Assembly: GCA_045837725.1 (NCBI GenBank)
Contig: JBEWZL010000121.1
Coordinates: 1 to 64,000 of the forward strand
Direction of reading: 5' to 3'
DNA: 64,000 nucleotides
Source of the DNA: Vermamoeba vermiformis
Taxonomy: Eukaryota
Of this stretch, positions 1-13,470 are shown in pieces (within the stretch, counting starts at the first letter, position 1; each line of letters begins with the position of its first letter). The position numbers were made by a program, and so were the translations under genes. Below the pieces are notes generated by a model. It searched no databases, was not told the origin of the DNA, and worked only from the letters and a program-made list of their open reading frames with translations.

Positions 1-265
1 TAGTGTGATTATAGATTGAGACTAGTGTTATAAAAATAATCGCGTTGTGAATTACCGAAAATTTAGAAATGACTCCTTTCGAATTTACAAGGATTTATCC
101 CTCAATGATTTTTGTTCATCCAGCGTTTTTTGAATTCAACTTGTAATAAATTTAATTTTAAGATAAATAAAATTTTTTTTTTGGATGAACAAGACAAGAT
201 CTAAGAGACAGCTACAAACAAATAATCCAAACAAATCAGTTTATTATTTATGGACAGGTAGATAC

Positions 266-3200
266 TTATTTTTTCTTCAATTGTTGCTTCATCAACTCAA
301 GTTTCTTCTTTTCTATCTCTGCATTCTTCTTCTCAAGTTCTCGACGCTTTTTCTCTTCTTCCATTCGCTTCTTCTCAGCTTCTTGTCGCTTCTTGTCAGC
401 TTCAGCTTGCTTCTTTTCGAGCTCCTTTTGTTTTCGGTCAAACTCTCGCTGCTTTTGTTCTGCTGCCTGTGCAGTTTGTTGAGCTTTCTTAAGATCTTCT
501 GCACGCTTTTTATCAAGCTCTTTCATCTTTTTGTCTGCATCAGCTCGTGCTTTGTCCATTTCCTTCTGCTTTTTGACCATATCAGCAGCGCGGCGATCTG
601 CGTCCTGCATCTTTCGTTCAAGATCTCGTTGATTTCGCTCTTGTTCTTCCATTTTACGCTCAAATTCACGCTCTCTTTGCTGTTGACGCCAAGCTTCCTC
701 CTCCTCTTCGCGACGTCTGTTGTCCTCGTCTAATTGCTATTAGCAATGCATTTTTATGATAAATTCTACCATACCTATTTCATCCTGAATATCAGATTCT
801 ACACTTTGAGCATCCCGCGGAGTGAAAACCCACTGCAAATTAAGTGTGCAATCTAAACTTCGAGCAGACAGATTCACTTCGAACATTAGCACTGCGCCAC
901 CACGAACAAGCGAGACCTATGAACTGTTAACTCACTATCAAGCATTCACTTTAAACTTACACTAACTTGCGGATTGGTGAAATGACCAAGCGTGAAACTA
1001 GAATCGTTGGCAGGATTAGGGCGAATCAAGATCTCTTGCACGCAATCCTTAATGGCACGGAGAACATCGATATTTTGTTTGGCAAGCGTGGTCACCCTGA
1101 GATTTGATTAGCTTGACTGTCAAAATATAACGCGTGTCTGCTTACTGCTTGATTAGCGTAGTTGGCATGTCCATAACTTTATCTTGCAAGGTGCGTTGAT
1201 AATCGAATTCTGGATCTTGGAAAGCTGGCGAAGTGAGCATGAAGGGCCAATCAACCATTACATCAATGTCCTTGTCAATAACGAACTTGACTTCTTCATT
1301 GAGTTGTGCAAGGTGACTGTCAACTAACGTAACAAAATGCTTCTCGACGAGTGGACGCAAGTTAAGTAGAGCTTCGAGCATTGGCTTCAGCTTTGGAACG
1401 TTGTTGAAATTGAAAAGAGTGTGCCAAGAGTAATTCAATATTAATTGATTTCCGTCAACCAAGACTTCGTAGCCTAGCTGACGGGCACTATCAAGACGAA
1501 CGAGCAACTTTTTAAATTGCTGCAGTAAACTCTTCACCGCAGGGATTTCCAACAAGGCTCGAACGCTGCAGAGCAATACAGTTAATTACATTGGTACCTA
1601 AACAAGCAACAAACATACCCGTTAGCTCCAAGCAATGTGTTATCGAGCACAACTCCGCTCAAGTTTGACAACGAGTGGAACTTTGCTTTCGAGCTCTCTG
1701 CGATAAACTCAGGGTGAGCCAAGATGGTTGCCCAATCAATTTCGAAATTCCAATCGAGGCCAGTAGCTGCAACGAACTTCTTTTCGAACGCAGAGATGAG
1801 CTGGTTGATGTCGTACTTGAGCACTGGGATTTCAGCTTCGAGCAAGGGCAGTAAGTCGTACTTCCACTCGCGGTTCTTAGTGGCTAGCTGGTTCAACGCA
1901 GGCTTGGCAATGATTTGTTTCTTGCTGGCATCATATTCGAGTTGTACGCCAAGACCAGAGGGTTGTAATTCGATCAGCACGCTATCCACCTTGGCGTTCA
2001 CGATGTCTTTCGATGTCGGGTGCTCTCCCAATGTAGCCAAGCCGCCCAACAGTGCGTAGCTGAAGCTGTTGAACAGATCGCGAATGTACTTGGAGCGATC
2101 ACGAGGAGATTCGGTGCCGAAAGCGTTATCGCTCAATAAGAAGGCCGTTGGAACATCGACGGTGATAACCTTTCCAAAGACAGCCTCGAGATTCTTCTTT
2201 AGGTCATTGAAGCCTTGTGCAGTGTCATGCAATGCAATGTCGATGACCAAGCCATAAAGATCCTCAACCACGTCTTTAAGATCCATTTGACGAGCAACAG
2301 CCTCCATTGCACCATTAACGCCTTGCTTATTCAGAACAATCTTGATATTAGTCTGAGCACTATCCGCGAACTTCACTTGGTAGTAACCATCAATATCATC
2401 GACCGCAATAGTGACCTATTCAGCGTTAGAAGTGGATCCGGATCTGGGTTGCGTGCGAGATCTTACCTTCTTCAGTAACTTTCCAACGCGGGCTAGACCA
2501 ACAGGGTGCACGCAAACACTATCCAGAGACTTGACGAGTGCCTTGCCGAACTTGTCGCTCAAAGTGTTGAATGTATTGTACATCGGGTCACATCCGAGGC
2601 GCTTGAATTCCTCGGATCCCAGGTAAGTCCTACACCGATGTTTAAATAAATGTGTTATAATATGTATGTAGCACGTACCAATCAATTTCAAATGAGAAAT
2701 CGGGCAGATATTGGGTCAATTTACTAGTGTGACCAAGGAATGCAACTGCTGCTCTGTACTTCCACAAAGGAATCGAGATATTCAACAAATACTCGATGTT
2801 ATTTTGCAGCGCTTTGAATCCGTCTATAATTACCGGCAGTTAGAATTGCGTGAATAATAGGGGGCGTTTAACTTACTACTAGTGAAGCCATCTGTTACCA
2901 CTAATGTCTCGCCTAGTTTTTGGAGCGGTGCAGAGTACGTCGTGGCCACCAACTTGATCGTGTTGATTTGCGAGGTGAACAATTGCTGACAATTTGGATA
3001 GACTCGCACGATGCTCAATACTGTATCAACCACGACCTTTGCAGATGCGAGGAAGTTGTTCAAAATGCTTTCTTGTTCTTTATCGTCGTGCTTGTCAAAG
3101 AACTCTTTGTTGAGACGTAAACCGCTCCAGTCAATTTCAACTCGCATTGGTTGGCCACACTTTTGGCTCAACTCGGCTTCCCAGCGTGCGATGCGCGACA

Positions 3201-6200
3201 GACCCTCGCTACTAAAGAAGCGTTAATCAAGGCATTAATAGTAGCATAACATACTATTCGGCGGTCGCAATAGTCAAGACTGAATCCACCAAAGGCTTCA
3301 TGTAGTTCAAACTTTCTTTGGCGTAGGTCAAGGCCAAGTTGAACGCCAATTGTTCGGTAGGCATCAAATAGTCGACTGTGTAGTACTTCTGAACATAACC
3401 TCTTGCCAGATCGTGAAGGTTATCACGCTCGCAATCGTATGTCACCGTAACGAGCTTCACGTGGCTCTTTATCGTGCCGTTGTTTTTCGGGTGTTGAAGC
3501 GTTGCGCTGAGGTTATTTCTCCACAACGAGTTGATGTTACTAGCGAGCTGAGTGATGTACGATGCACGCTGCGCTGCGCTGTTGGACAAGAACTTCGGGT
3601 GGGAGATAAATTGCTCATAATCAAGAGCAAAATTGATGTCGAACTGGAAGGTGTTCTTCAGGTGTACCGAGAGGTCATTGAGAAGCTGCTGAGCCTTGTG
3701 CTGGGCTGTTCGAATGCCAAAGCACAACAAGTCGTCGAGTTTCTCCAGAACGTGATACAAAGTATCTCTACGCTGAGCGGACGATAAATTAATTGTCACT
3801 TTCACAAGTTTGGAGTCGGGCTGATATGTGAGCATGTAGAATGAAGACTGATTGCCGTTGTACGGAGCATTCACTTTGTTCTCTGGGTCATAGGTGAACT
3901 CGATCGCCTTGATGCTATTAGTAATGAATTCACCGTTGACCGGGTCTTTGAACAAGCTATCCAAACTACGGGAGGATTAGATATGAGACAAGAATAGATT
4001 CGACAGCGTACCTGACAGATCGGAGGACTCTAGTAGCGTACGAAGATGAGAGTTCAACGATCAGTCGCTCTCTTTCAGTACCGTTGAGTGCAGTGAATCC
4101 AGGTTGTTCCAAGAAAGACCAATCGATCTGAGTTTGGAGATCTTTTGCCGTAGGTGCGTCTTTAATTAAGCTATCTCGAAGTTCTTGAAGCTTCTGGGTA
4201 GCGCTGCGCTTAGCCATGTTGTCAAAGAGACGCAAAAGCTCTTTGATTTTGTGCATCAAGTTGTACAAGCTGCTGTCGTATTTGTCCAAGTTAATGGTGA
4301 ACAGAAGAGTCTTTGTATCGTTGTTCAACTCCAAACTGTAGAATCTCTCGTGCACTCCCAACGATGTGTTATCGTCAACTTTGTTATCGGGTGAGTAGGT
4401 GAAGACAATGTTGGCGATGCGCTCTTGAATCGCGGCCTTAATCATTGCATCCTTGCATAGCGACTGCACACTACGAAAGAATTAGATTGACAGGTCTTAT
4501 CACGTGCAACTTACTTATCGTTGGCATTGAAAAGGAACGAAGCAATGGTGTTCTGCGCCAATCTGGAAATGCGATTTGATCTCCAATCCAAATCTTCTTT
4601 GACGAATCGCTCGTGCGTGGCAAACGACCAATCGATATCTATCTTCATGTCAAAACCAACGTCTTTCTTGAAGCGTGTCTCGATGTCCGAAATTGTTTTG
4701 TACGATGTACGTTTGTCTTGAGCAAGTCTCACGTTCAACAAGTTATCCAACTTGTGACCGATATAATAGAAGCTCAAATCAAACTTGTTCATGTTGATAT
4801 TGACGCGAAGAGTGCCTTCTGAGTCCAACACGAGCTCGTAGTGGTTTGAATATTGATTGTCGCCTGAGGCAACCTTGTTTTCGGGGTCGAAAGTGAAGAC
4901 GATCTTCTTAAAACGAGAGGCCACGGCCTCTTTAATAATTTCGTCCCTGCACTTGGATTGGAGCCTACAAGACGATTAGATGTATTCTTTAGAGGGACCG
5001 TAAAACTTACGACTCATTGTTGTTTAAAACGAAGCTCGGAATTGTTGAACGGTATAACTGCGAGATAATTCGTGAATAACGCTCCAGCTGGCTGTAAGAC
5101 CTTTGTCCCTCTTCGAGGAAGTTGTTATGCTTGGTAAAAGCAAAGTCTATCTCGATGGGCAGCGCGATACCAGTCTCGTTTTTGAATCTGTCCTCGATGG
5201 GCTTGATCGCTGCCTTGGATTTACTCATCTCCTGTTCAACACGAGTATCCAATAGAACTTCAATTTTCTGATTAAAGTTCGTCAAGCTATTATCAACTGC
5301 CTTCGCGTTGACTATAACTTTGAGGAGGCCCTCGGCTTCATCAAGGCCAACGGAATAATTTTGAGCATAGTTTGCCATATTGTCGTTGATGGTGTCGTCA
5401 AAGTCAACGCCGATTTCAACGCTTCGGATGCGCGAGAGAATAGCTTGCTTGATTACCGAGTCGTTTGACAAGTCACCCAAACTGCAATAAGACATGTCAG
5501 TTACCACATTTGTACATGCGCGGCACTTACCCGTTGTTCCTATTCAATATGCACGCGCTAATGTTAGCTAAAGGATCAAGAAGTCTCTTCTTCTCGTAAT
5601 CTGACTTGGCAACGAACTTGGGATGGTTGATAATGGCATCCCAATCCACGGTAAGAGTGACGGGACCAACTTTCTTGATGTAGTCTTCACACTCTTTAGC
5701 AATCTTCCTCTTAACTTCCACAAGAAGAGGATTCTCGGCTAATTTAACCTCTTGCGGAGCCGGTTGAGGAACAGGAATCGGAATGGGCACTGATGGTAAA
5801 GTGACGGGAAGTGGCGTTTGTGTGTTGGTTGGCGTTTGAACTGATGGGGCTGGCGTAAGTACAGGGGTAGGCAACGGTGTAGGGGTAACGATCGAAGGCT
5901 GCGGAGAAGGTGTTGCAAAATTATTGACAGGCATCAAAGCAGCAACTGGCAATGGTTCGATGGACTTCTGGCTGGCCAACAAGGCTTTTTGAGCTCTTTC
6001 TGCTTCTTCTCGAGCACGCTCAACTTCTTTTTGCTCGCGTTGAATACGTTCAAGCTCGCGTTGCTGCTCTTGCTCTAGTTGCACGCGACGAGCACGCTCT
6101 TCTTCGTCGCGTTTCCGTTCCTCCAACAAAACACGCTGCTTCTCTTCATTTTCGCGAGCACGTTGGGCCTCAATTTCAGCCTTTTTGCGCTGTTCCTCTT

Positions 6201-9200
6201 CGAACTGGAGCTTATTAATGCGATCTTGCTCTGCCTTTCGTGCTTCTTGCTCTTGCAAAAGTCTATTGGCTGCATCTAGGTCAACGGTCGGCGTCTCTGG
6301 ATTATTGAGCGCGTAAACCAACTTGTCCTTCAGGTTATAAAACGTAACGTTGAATTGAGACAAGTTAACATTGACACGAAGCAATGGAGGCTGAAGTTTG
6401 ATCTCCCAGTTTTTGTCACCAACCGCGGCACTTGTCGAATTGTTAAAATCGATGCAGTAAACTATCTTGCGGAACTTTAATAACGCGTTGGCTTTCATGT
6501 CGTTGTTTTGGTTCAATAAGACAGGAATTCTACGCAAATAATTAGTCATAATTAGTACTGGCTTAATGGCACTTACGAATCATTTCCGTTCAGCAATCGT
6601 GGTAAACCCGTTTTCCAAATAGATTGAATAATCTTCGAGTAATCGTCCAGTGATTTGCACAGGAAATTTCCACTTAAAGTAAAAGACCAGTCGATCTCCA
6701 ACTCAATGGCGTCTCCAAGACTAGCGGTCAACTGGCTTTGAAGAGCAGGCAACGCTTTCATCGCATCTCTCTTCTCCTTCGCAATGCGCACGTGCAGTGC
6801 AGTCTCGATTTTCTCCAGAGAACTGTAAAGCGTATCTCCGAATTGCTTCATATTCACAGTGAACAGCAATACGCAACCTAAAACACGAGTTTAAAAAGTC
6901 TCCGGAGATTACATTGAACGTACTCGATAAGGTGACATCGTAATGCTTGCCGTAATTGCCACCAATTGGCGAGTTGACTTGATTGTCTGTGTCATACACG
7001 AAGAGAACTTGTTTGACTTGGTCTTGAATAGTTCGCTTTACGAGTTCATCCTTAGCAAGCGCCACAATTCTATTTAAATGATTAGCAAGACCGAAAGGCG
7101 AGACTTCCACTTACCCGTCGCCGGACGTTAACACGCGAGGCAAGTGGTTCTGGTGAATGGCTCGAATAATCTTCGACTGGTCGTCAAGAGATTTAGTGGT
7201 GAAATCAGAGTGGTTCGTGAACTTCCAGTCGATATCAATATCAATTGAAAATCCGATAGCCTTTGCCAAATTCTCCATTATTGTCTTCAAACCGAGCTTG
7301 GCGGCACGTTTCTCTTGTTCCGTGCGAACATTGAGCAATACCTCCATCTTTTCTTTGAACGAATACAAAGCATCGCCGTACTGCTTCATATTGATGGGAA
7401 TGTACAAATCGAAACCTGAGTTATAAATTAACACTACGTTCTTGCAATACACCGAAACTCACCTTGTAACAACAGCTCGTAATGCTTTCCGTAGTTGCCA
7501 CCAACAGTTGACGCAATTCTATTTTCAGCATCATAAGTCGCGTGAATAGAACGAATACGCTCTCTGACTGCCTCTTTAATTGTGTCGTCTTTGGCCAGAT
7601 CAGCAAGACTGAGAAAGAATTAGACATACATTGAAGGTATGATTGTGCGCATACCCATCGCCAGAGGTCATGATACGCGGGAGGTGCGTTTGATAAAGTG
7701 CTTTGATGATTTTTGACTGTTCTTCGAGTGACTTGGACGTAAAGTCAGAGTGATGAGTGAAGATCCAATCGACGCCAAGTTCGATGGCAAAGCCTAGCTT
7801 AGCGTTCAAGCTCTGCTCGATATCCTTGATAGGCTTGCCCGCGTCGCGCTTTTCTTGTTCAACACGAACATTGAACAAGACGTCAATCTTATCCTTGAAG
7901 TAGTAAAGCGTGTCCGCGTACTTGTCCAGGTTGATCCGAATGACAAGGTCTTTGCCGCTCAAGGTCGTTTCATAATGCTTGGCATAATTTCCACCAATAG
8001 GAGACGCAACTTTGTTGTCGACATCATAACTAAAGACTATACGGCAAACCTGCGACTCTATTGCGTGCCGCATAATATCATCTTTGCACATGTCAGCCAA
8101 ACTAAACAAAAAGAATTAAGTACTATATTGAAGCAATCCTAATCCTTACCCGTCGCTTGATGTTAGAACACGTAAGGCATGTGCGGTATAGACTTGCTTA
8201 ATGATCTTCGACTGGTCGTCCAAGGACTTTGATTTGAAAACTTGGTGCTCGGTGAATTGCCAATCAAGCTGGACCTCAATAAAGACGCCTATTTTCGCCT
8301 TCAAATCGGCTGCTATCTTTTCAAATGCTTGATGTGCATAGCTCTTCTCCTGTTCGACGCGCACGTTCAATAAGACTTCAATTTTGTCCTTGAAGTTGTA
8401 GAGAGTATCGCCGAACTTGTCCATGTTAATGTTTACCACGAGATTTGCGCCTTGTAAAATAGTCTCATAGTGTTTAGCATAATTGCCACCAATGGCGGAA
8501 TTGATCGTATTAGCTGGAATGTACGCCACAATAACTCGACCAATACGATTTTGAAGAGCAGCCTTCATAACACTGTCTTTGGCCAAGTCGGGCAATCTTT
8601 ACATAAGTTAGCATTTGCTAGATCCACGTACGTGACCAGACATACCCGTCACTTGAGTTCAATATCCTAGGTAAATGATTCGCATGAACGGCCTTAATGA
8701 TTTTTGTTTGGTCGTCGAGAGATTTTGATGTGAATGCTGGGTCAGTAGTGAACTCCCAGTCCACGCCGATATCGATGAAGAAGCCCAACTTCTTGTTAAC
8801 CTCAGCAGCTAGCTTTTCAAGGGCCACTTGAGTATCGCGCTTGTCTTGTTCGACGCGCACGTTCAGTAAGACTTCAATTTTGTCCTTGAAATTGTAGAGT
8901 GTATCGCTATACTTTTCGCTGTTGATGGTCACGAAGAGGGTATTTGCTATACATCATTAGCTATCAATAATGTACAAGCCGACAAGACTTACATTGCAAA
9001 GTTGTCTCATAATGCCTGGCGTAATTACCTCCCACAGGAGAGTTGACACTGTTAGTCGGATCCAACCTTATTATTACGTGATTTACTCGGCCTTGAATAG
9101 TGCGCTTCATAATATCATCTTGTGCAAGCCCAAATATACTATCAATATTAGATAAAAGTACTAGTAAAGAATGACATCATACCCGTCGCTAGTGGAAATG

Positions 9201-10054
9201 ATACGTGGGTAATGTGACTGGTAGATTTGCTTAACGATCTTTGTTCTTTCGTCCAAAGGCTTAGCGAGAAACGTTACGTCCGCAGCGAAACTGAAATCAA
9301 CATCTAAATAGAGACCCAAGCCAGATTTGCTTCGCAATTCGTCTTGAAGCTTATCCAAAGCCTGGCGCGTATCACGCTTATCTTGATCGGTGCGTACGTC
9401 AAGTACCACTTCTAACTTTTCTTTAAAGTTATGGAGCACGTCGCCATACTTATCCAAATTAATTGTTACCACAAGATCCGTGCCTGAATTCAATTAAATC
9501 AATTGAGCTCACAAAAAATCGTGCCCGAATTTAATTACCTTGCTGTTGCACAATATAATGCTTTGAATAGTTGCCTGTATTGGCGCAAATAGAATTGTTT
9601 GGATCAAACTGAAAGACGATCTGTCTGAACCTGTCGATGATCGTGCTCTTTATAATGTTATCCCCGCATAACTCTGCGATACTGAATAGTAAGACGTTAG
9701 TTCTTATCTGTCACAGAGAGTTACAGTAACGTGCTAAATTAAATTGATAATTACCTATTTACGACCGTATTTGCCGCGTTCTGAGACGTGTTCAAGAAAA
9801 TTTTTTGTTGCTCGGTTGCACCCTAATATTAACCGTAAATACTTCGGAAGCAATAATTCCTGGATTTACCTTGGAAATAAAAGAAGGGTGCGAGATAAAT
9901 GTATCCCATTTTCCAGCAAAGCTAATTGCATGCCCGATTTTTGCCTCTAAGGCTTTTGACTGTTCTGACAACCTAAATCTCGGATGAGAAACAAATTTCC
10001 TTTGTGGTTGTGTTTAACTTACTTAGCGTCAGCCGCAATACACCACGAGTCCAT
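266..10054 (-). CDS. Giant multi-exon protein with ~17 tandem ~150-aa repeats, an internal coiled coil plus Pro/Thr linker, and a C-terminal coiled coil
   Basis: Minus-strand ORF pieces join in frame through GT-AG introns at the junctions I checked (e.g. ~3255, ~2880, ~2680, ~2465, ~775). The motif (I/V)DWxF...KSLDDQSKII...HLPRIL.SSDG recurs every ~500 nt. Probable start MDSWCIAADAK at 10054; C-terminus is the E/K/Q-rich ORF 266..652. Confidence 0.8.
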
Positions 10055-10232
10055 GATAGTTGATCGTAGTTGTGGTTACCTCCGTTGCAATTTGGGACGG
10101 GACTGCCGAACAGTGTGGATTTTTTCAACGCTGTTTTGGCAGAACTTTCTGGTTTATTAAATTACGGGTGTAATATTTACAATACTTCTACAAAAAGGTT
10201 TGCTGGTTGGAGTAATTTGGACCGGGCAGTTT

Positions 10233-10562
10233 TTAGCGTGATCCTTCCTCGCTACTACTGGTGCTGCACGAGCAATCGTAGACGTATTTCTTCTTTTGCT
10301 TGCGCTTCCATGATAAAACTTGTCCCGGAATACTTTGTGCGAGCTCTGTGTGCGAGCCTTTTGTTTTTGTTGATGGCACGTCTGCCGCTAGATCGCCTGT
10401 GGATGAGCTTCGTTTTTTGTGATGATGCTTGTGTTTGTGCGATTTCTTCTTCTTGTGATGCGACTCGCTACCATTACTATTGTTACTGTCTGTTGTTTGC
10501 GCGAAGAGCGAGTAGGCTTCGATTTGTTTGAAATTGTGTGCGTGTTGGCCTTTGTGCGACAT
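10233..10562 (-). CDS. Small intronless basic, low-complexity protein (His/Lys tract, NLS-like)
   Basis: ORF MSHKGQHAH...HHKKKKSHKHKHHHKKR...; AATAAA follows on the minus strand (~10155) before the giant gene's start. Confidence 0.45.
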   Translation of the reverse strand: MSHKGQHAHNFKQIEAYSLFAQTTDSNNSNGSESHHKKKKSHKHKHHHKKRSSSTGDLAADVPSTKTKGSHTELAQSIPGQVLSWKRKQKKKYVYDCSCSTSSSEEGSR

Positions 10563-11299
10563 TTGCTGCAACTCTTCGGATCTGTGGTTTTTTCGTTGCT
10601 GTGTGCTTCGCTTACTGCGAATTTTTTTTATGCTGTGGTTTGTCGTTTAGGAAAATTAATAAATCTCGAGATTTGAAGAATTTGGGATTGAATCTAGCTG
10701 AAAATTGAGTTAAGATTTGCCAGATTTGTTAAAACTAGGCCCAAAAATTGCGAAAGCTGCTATAAAATTACACAAAATATCTTCCCAACTTTACCTTAAT
10801 AATTAGAATGCCCAGGTGGGTCCTGAACCGAGCAATAAACTTAATCTCAAGAATGTTGTGTTTGTGTTCAATAATCAACCGCAATAGCAATTGTAATTAA
10901 TTTTAAAATGCAATCTGGCCAATTTAACTCACGTATAACCAATTTTTAATTCTGAAGTAAAAGGCGCACTGAAAGATCGCAAACCGTCGACACCTCTAGC
11001 CTCGTGAACATTGTTGCTCATCATATGGTTAGATGTTGTTGCGATGTGTTTGTGTTCTGAGTGTGGTTGTGGCTTTTGTGCTTGTGATCTCATTGCACCG
11101 AAAACATTTACGAAAAATCGAGGGGCTTTGATGCATGTCCCAAAATTTTTATTATTTTTGATTGTAAATAGGGTATACTACACCTACACTAGTCTATATC
11201 TTGCCGAATTGATGTGGCAGAAACACGCAATTGGCACGCGCAGATCTAGTAGAAGATAGGTTAATCACGCTGTAATATTTAGCATCAATATACATTATA

Positions 11300-13355
11300 A
11301 TGGAAGAAGTAACGGCCAAGCAAGGTAAATTATCGGTTTATATTATCCTAAAAGCTGTTGCAAAATGCAGCTGTGCTCGATCGCATCTCGATCAAAATAA
11401 CGTTCCGGCAAAAAATCTGTATTTTATAGGACTTATTAATTGCAGTATTTTGCATTGCGCTAGAAAATCAAATCTTTTGCGGTAATGCAAGATCTAATCT
11501 ATTTTTCCCTCTTACAGCGGAATTAGAAGAGTTATCTCACCTCGAAGCCGAGCCCAATACAGATACATCAAAATCATCAAGGACATCTTCAGGAGACTCA
11601 GATGCGCCTGTAGTAAATGATGATGACGAGGCAGGTGTAGAACTCGAGGACGAGTACGAAGAACAAGAAGGAGCCCGCTACAGCTGATTCTAAAAAAGTC
11701 AGAAAACGAAAGGCAAAGCTCACCAAGTTGATTACAGACGGTAATTATCGCCACTAAACACGAAAACTCGCTTTACTAATCTGACACAACAGTTGAAAGT
11801 GTCAAAACTAAGCGGTTGCAAACCTCCGTCTATTGTATGGCGTATATAGGTAAGACTTTTTTATCAATAATGAGTTCACCACGGAAAATCTAATTCCGGA
11901 TCGGCAGCATTGGGATTTATCGTGGGAAGTCTTGGCCCAAGTTTGCTTCTATTGGCAGACAACGTTGGTGAAACGAGCGATACTATTGGTTCATTGTTTT
12001 CTGCTCGTGGCGTTGGCTGGATTACTGGTGCGTGAATGTTACGCGGTAGTTTTTAATGATCCTCAAAAATCCTAACGTAGTTTTCATACTTAGGGAGTAT
12101 TATAAGTGGATTTTTATACAAAAGGTTTAGAGCTCACCCGATGATGTTTGGTGCCCTGGTTACACTTGTCATGTGCTCGTTTGTGACACCTTTTGTGAGG
12201 TCATTTCCACTTCTACTGATTGTTACAGCAATTGTAGGATTGTACGTATACAGCTTTATATTATTTGACGTCGATACTGGCTAACCTTAGGATGCAGTTG
12301 CGGTGCTGTCATTGACGTGGGTGCTAACACAATGATCGTTCAAGTGTGGAAACAAGACTCCACTCCGTACCTTCAATTTTTGCACTTTAACTTCGGTGTG
12401 GGTTCAACTCTTTCGCCTTCAGTTATCGGAGGTGTTATGGCACTCTCAGAGAACAACAAATTACTGTGGTCCTACATTACTCTTGGATTTTTAATCGCAG
12501 CGTGTGCGGTCTTTCCGGTCATCATTAAGAGCCCTCCAGTTGAGACCGGCGATGAAAATGTAAGTTTTTGAACTATAACATAGCGCGGTAAGCCTAACAA
12601 CCATTTTAGAGCAAAAAAGTTAAGTGCGAAATGTCGCGCACAACCATGCACTACTATGGTATCGTGTTCTCTATTGCACTCTATTTGTTCTTGTATGTTG
12701 GTGCTGAAGTCTCGTACGGTGGTTGGATTTTCACATTTGGAGTCAAATTCTACGATATGGCTGATTGGATTGCTGCGTACTTGAGCTCAGCATTTTGGTT
12801 GTTCATCACGTTTGGTAGACTGTTAGCAGGTATGCGGATACGCTCGACATTTATTATCAATACTAACCATTGGTAGTCCCTCTCGCTACCAAATTAAGCA
12901 ACAAAACGTTGTTGTTAATCAACATGGGCGGCTGTTTCTTGAGCGTGTCGCTGCTGATTCTGTTCGGACACTTGAAGAGCCAAGCCATCCTTTGGATCAG
13001 CACCTGCGGCTATGGTTTATTCATGGCCTCAATCTTTGCTACGGCGTACTCGTTGCCTCAGTATCTAGGACTGGATATGGACAGCACTGCCTCAAGTATT
13101 TTGATTTGTGGATCGAGCTTGGGTGACATTCTCGTACCGATGTTCGTAGGTATGCTGATGACCAAGCACGGCCAATACGCTATGTTGCTCGCAGTTTGGG
13201 GTGTCTCCATCATTTTGTTGGTCATTTACGTGGCGGTAGTGCATGGAATACACAAATTTTTGGGACCGAGACCCGGCGAGGTCAAACAAATAGAAGAGGC
13301 TCAAAATGTATTGACTACAAGTGGTGAAACAAACGACAGCCAAACTCGATTGTAA
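11300..13355 (+). CDS. MFS transporter (MFSD4/fucose permease-like)
   Basis: Spliced exons give GSLGPSLLLLA, DVGANTMIVQVW...LQFLHFNFGVGSTLSP, LFLYVGAEVSYGGWIFTF and many TM segments. Confidence 0.85.
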
Positions 13356-13470
13356 ATAAACGTTCCAAAAAAAAGTCGCGCTTTGATTGGTGGCTAAATT
13401 TATTGCTGAAAGAAGAGAAATTCAACGCGTTTGCCAACCTATTTAAACTACTTACAAACCTGCAATAACC

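Noticed and set aside
185-733. 182-aa Leu/Phe-rich plus-strand ORF
   Set aside because: Antisense shadow of the Lys/Glu coiled-coil exon of the giant gene.
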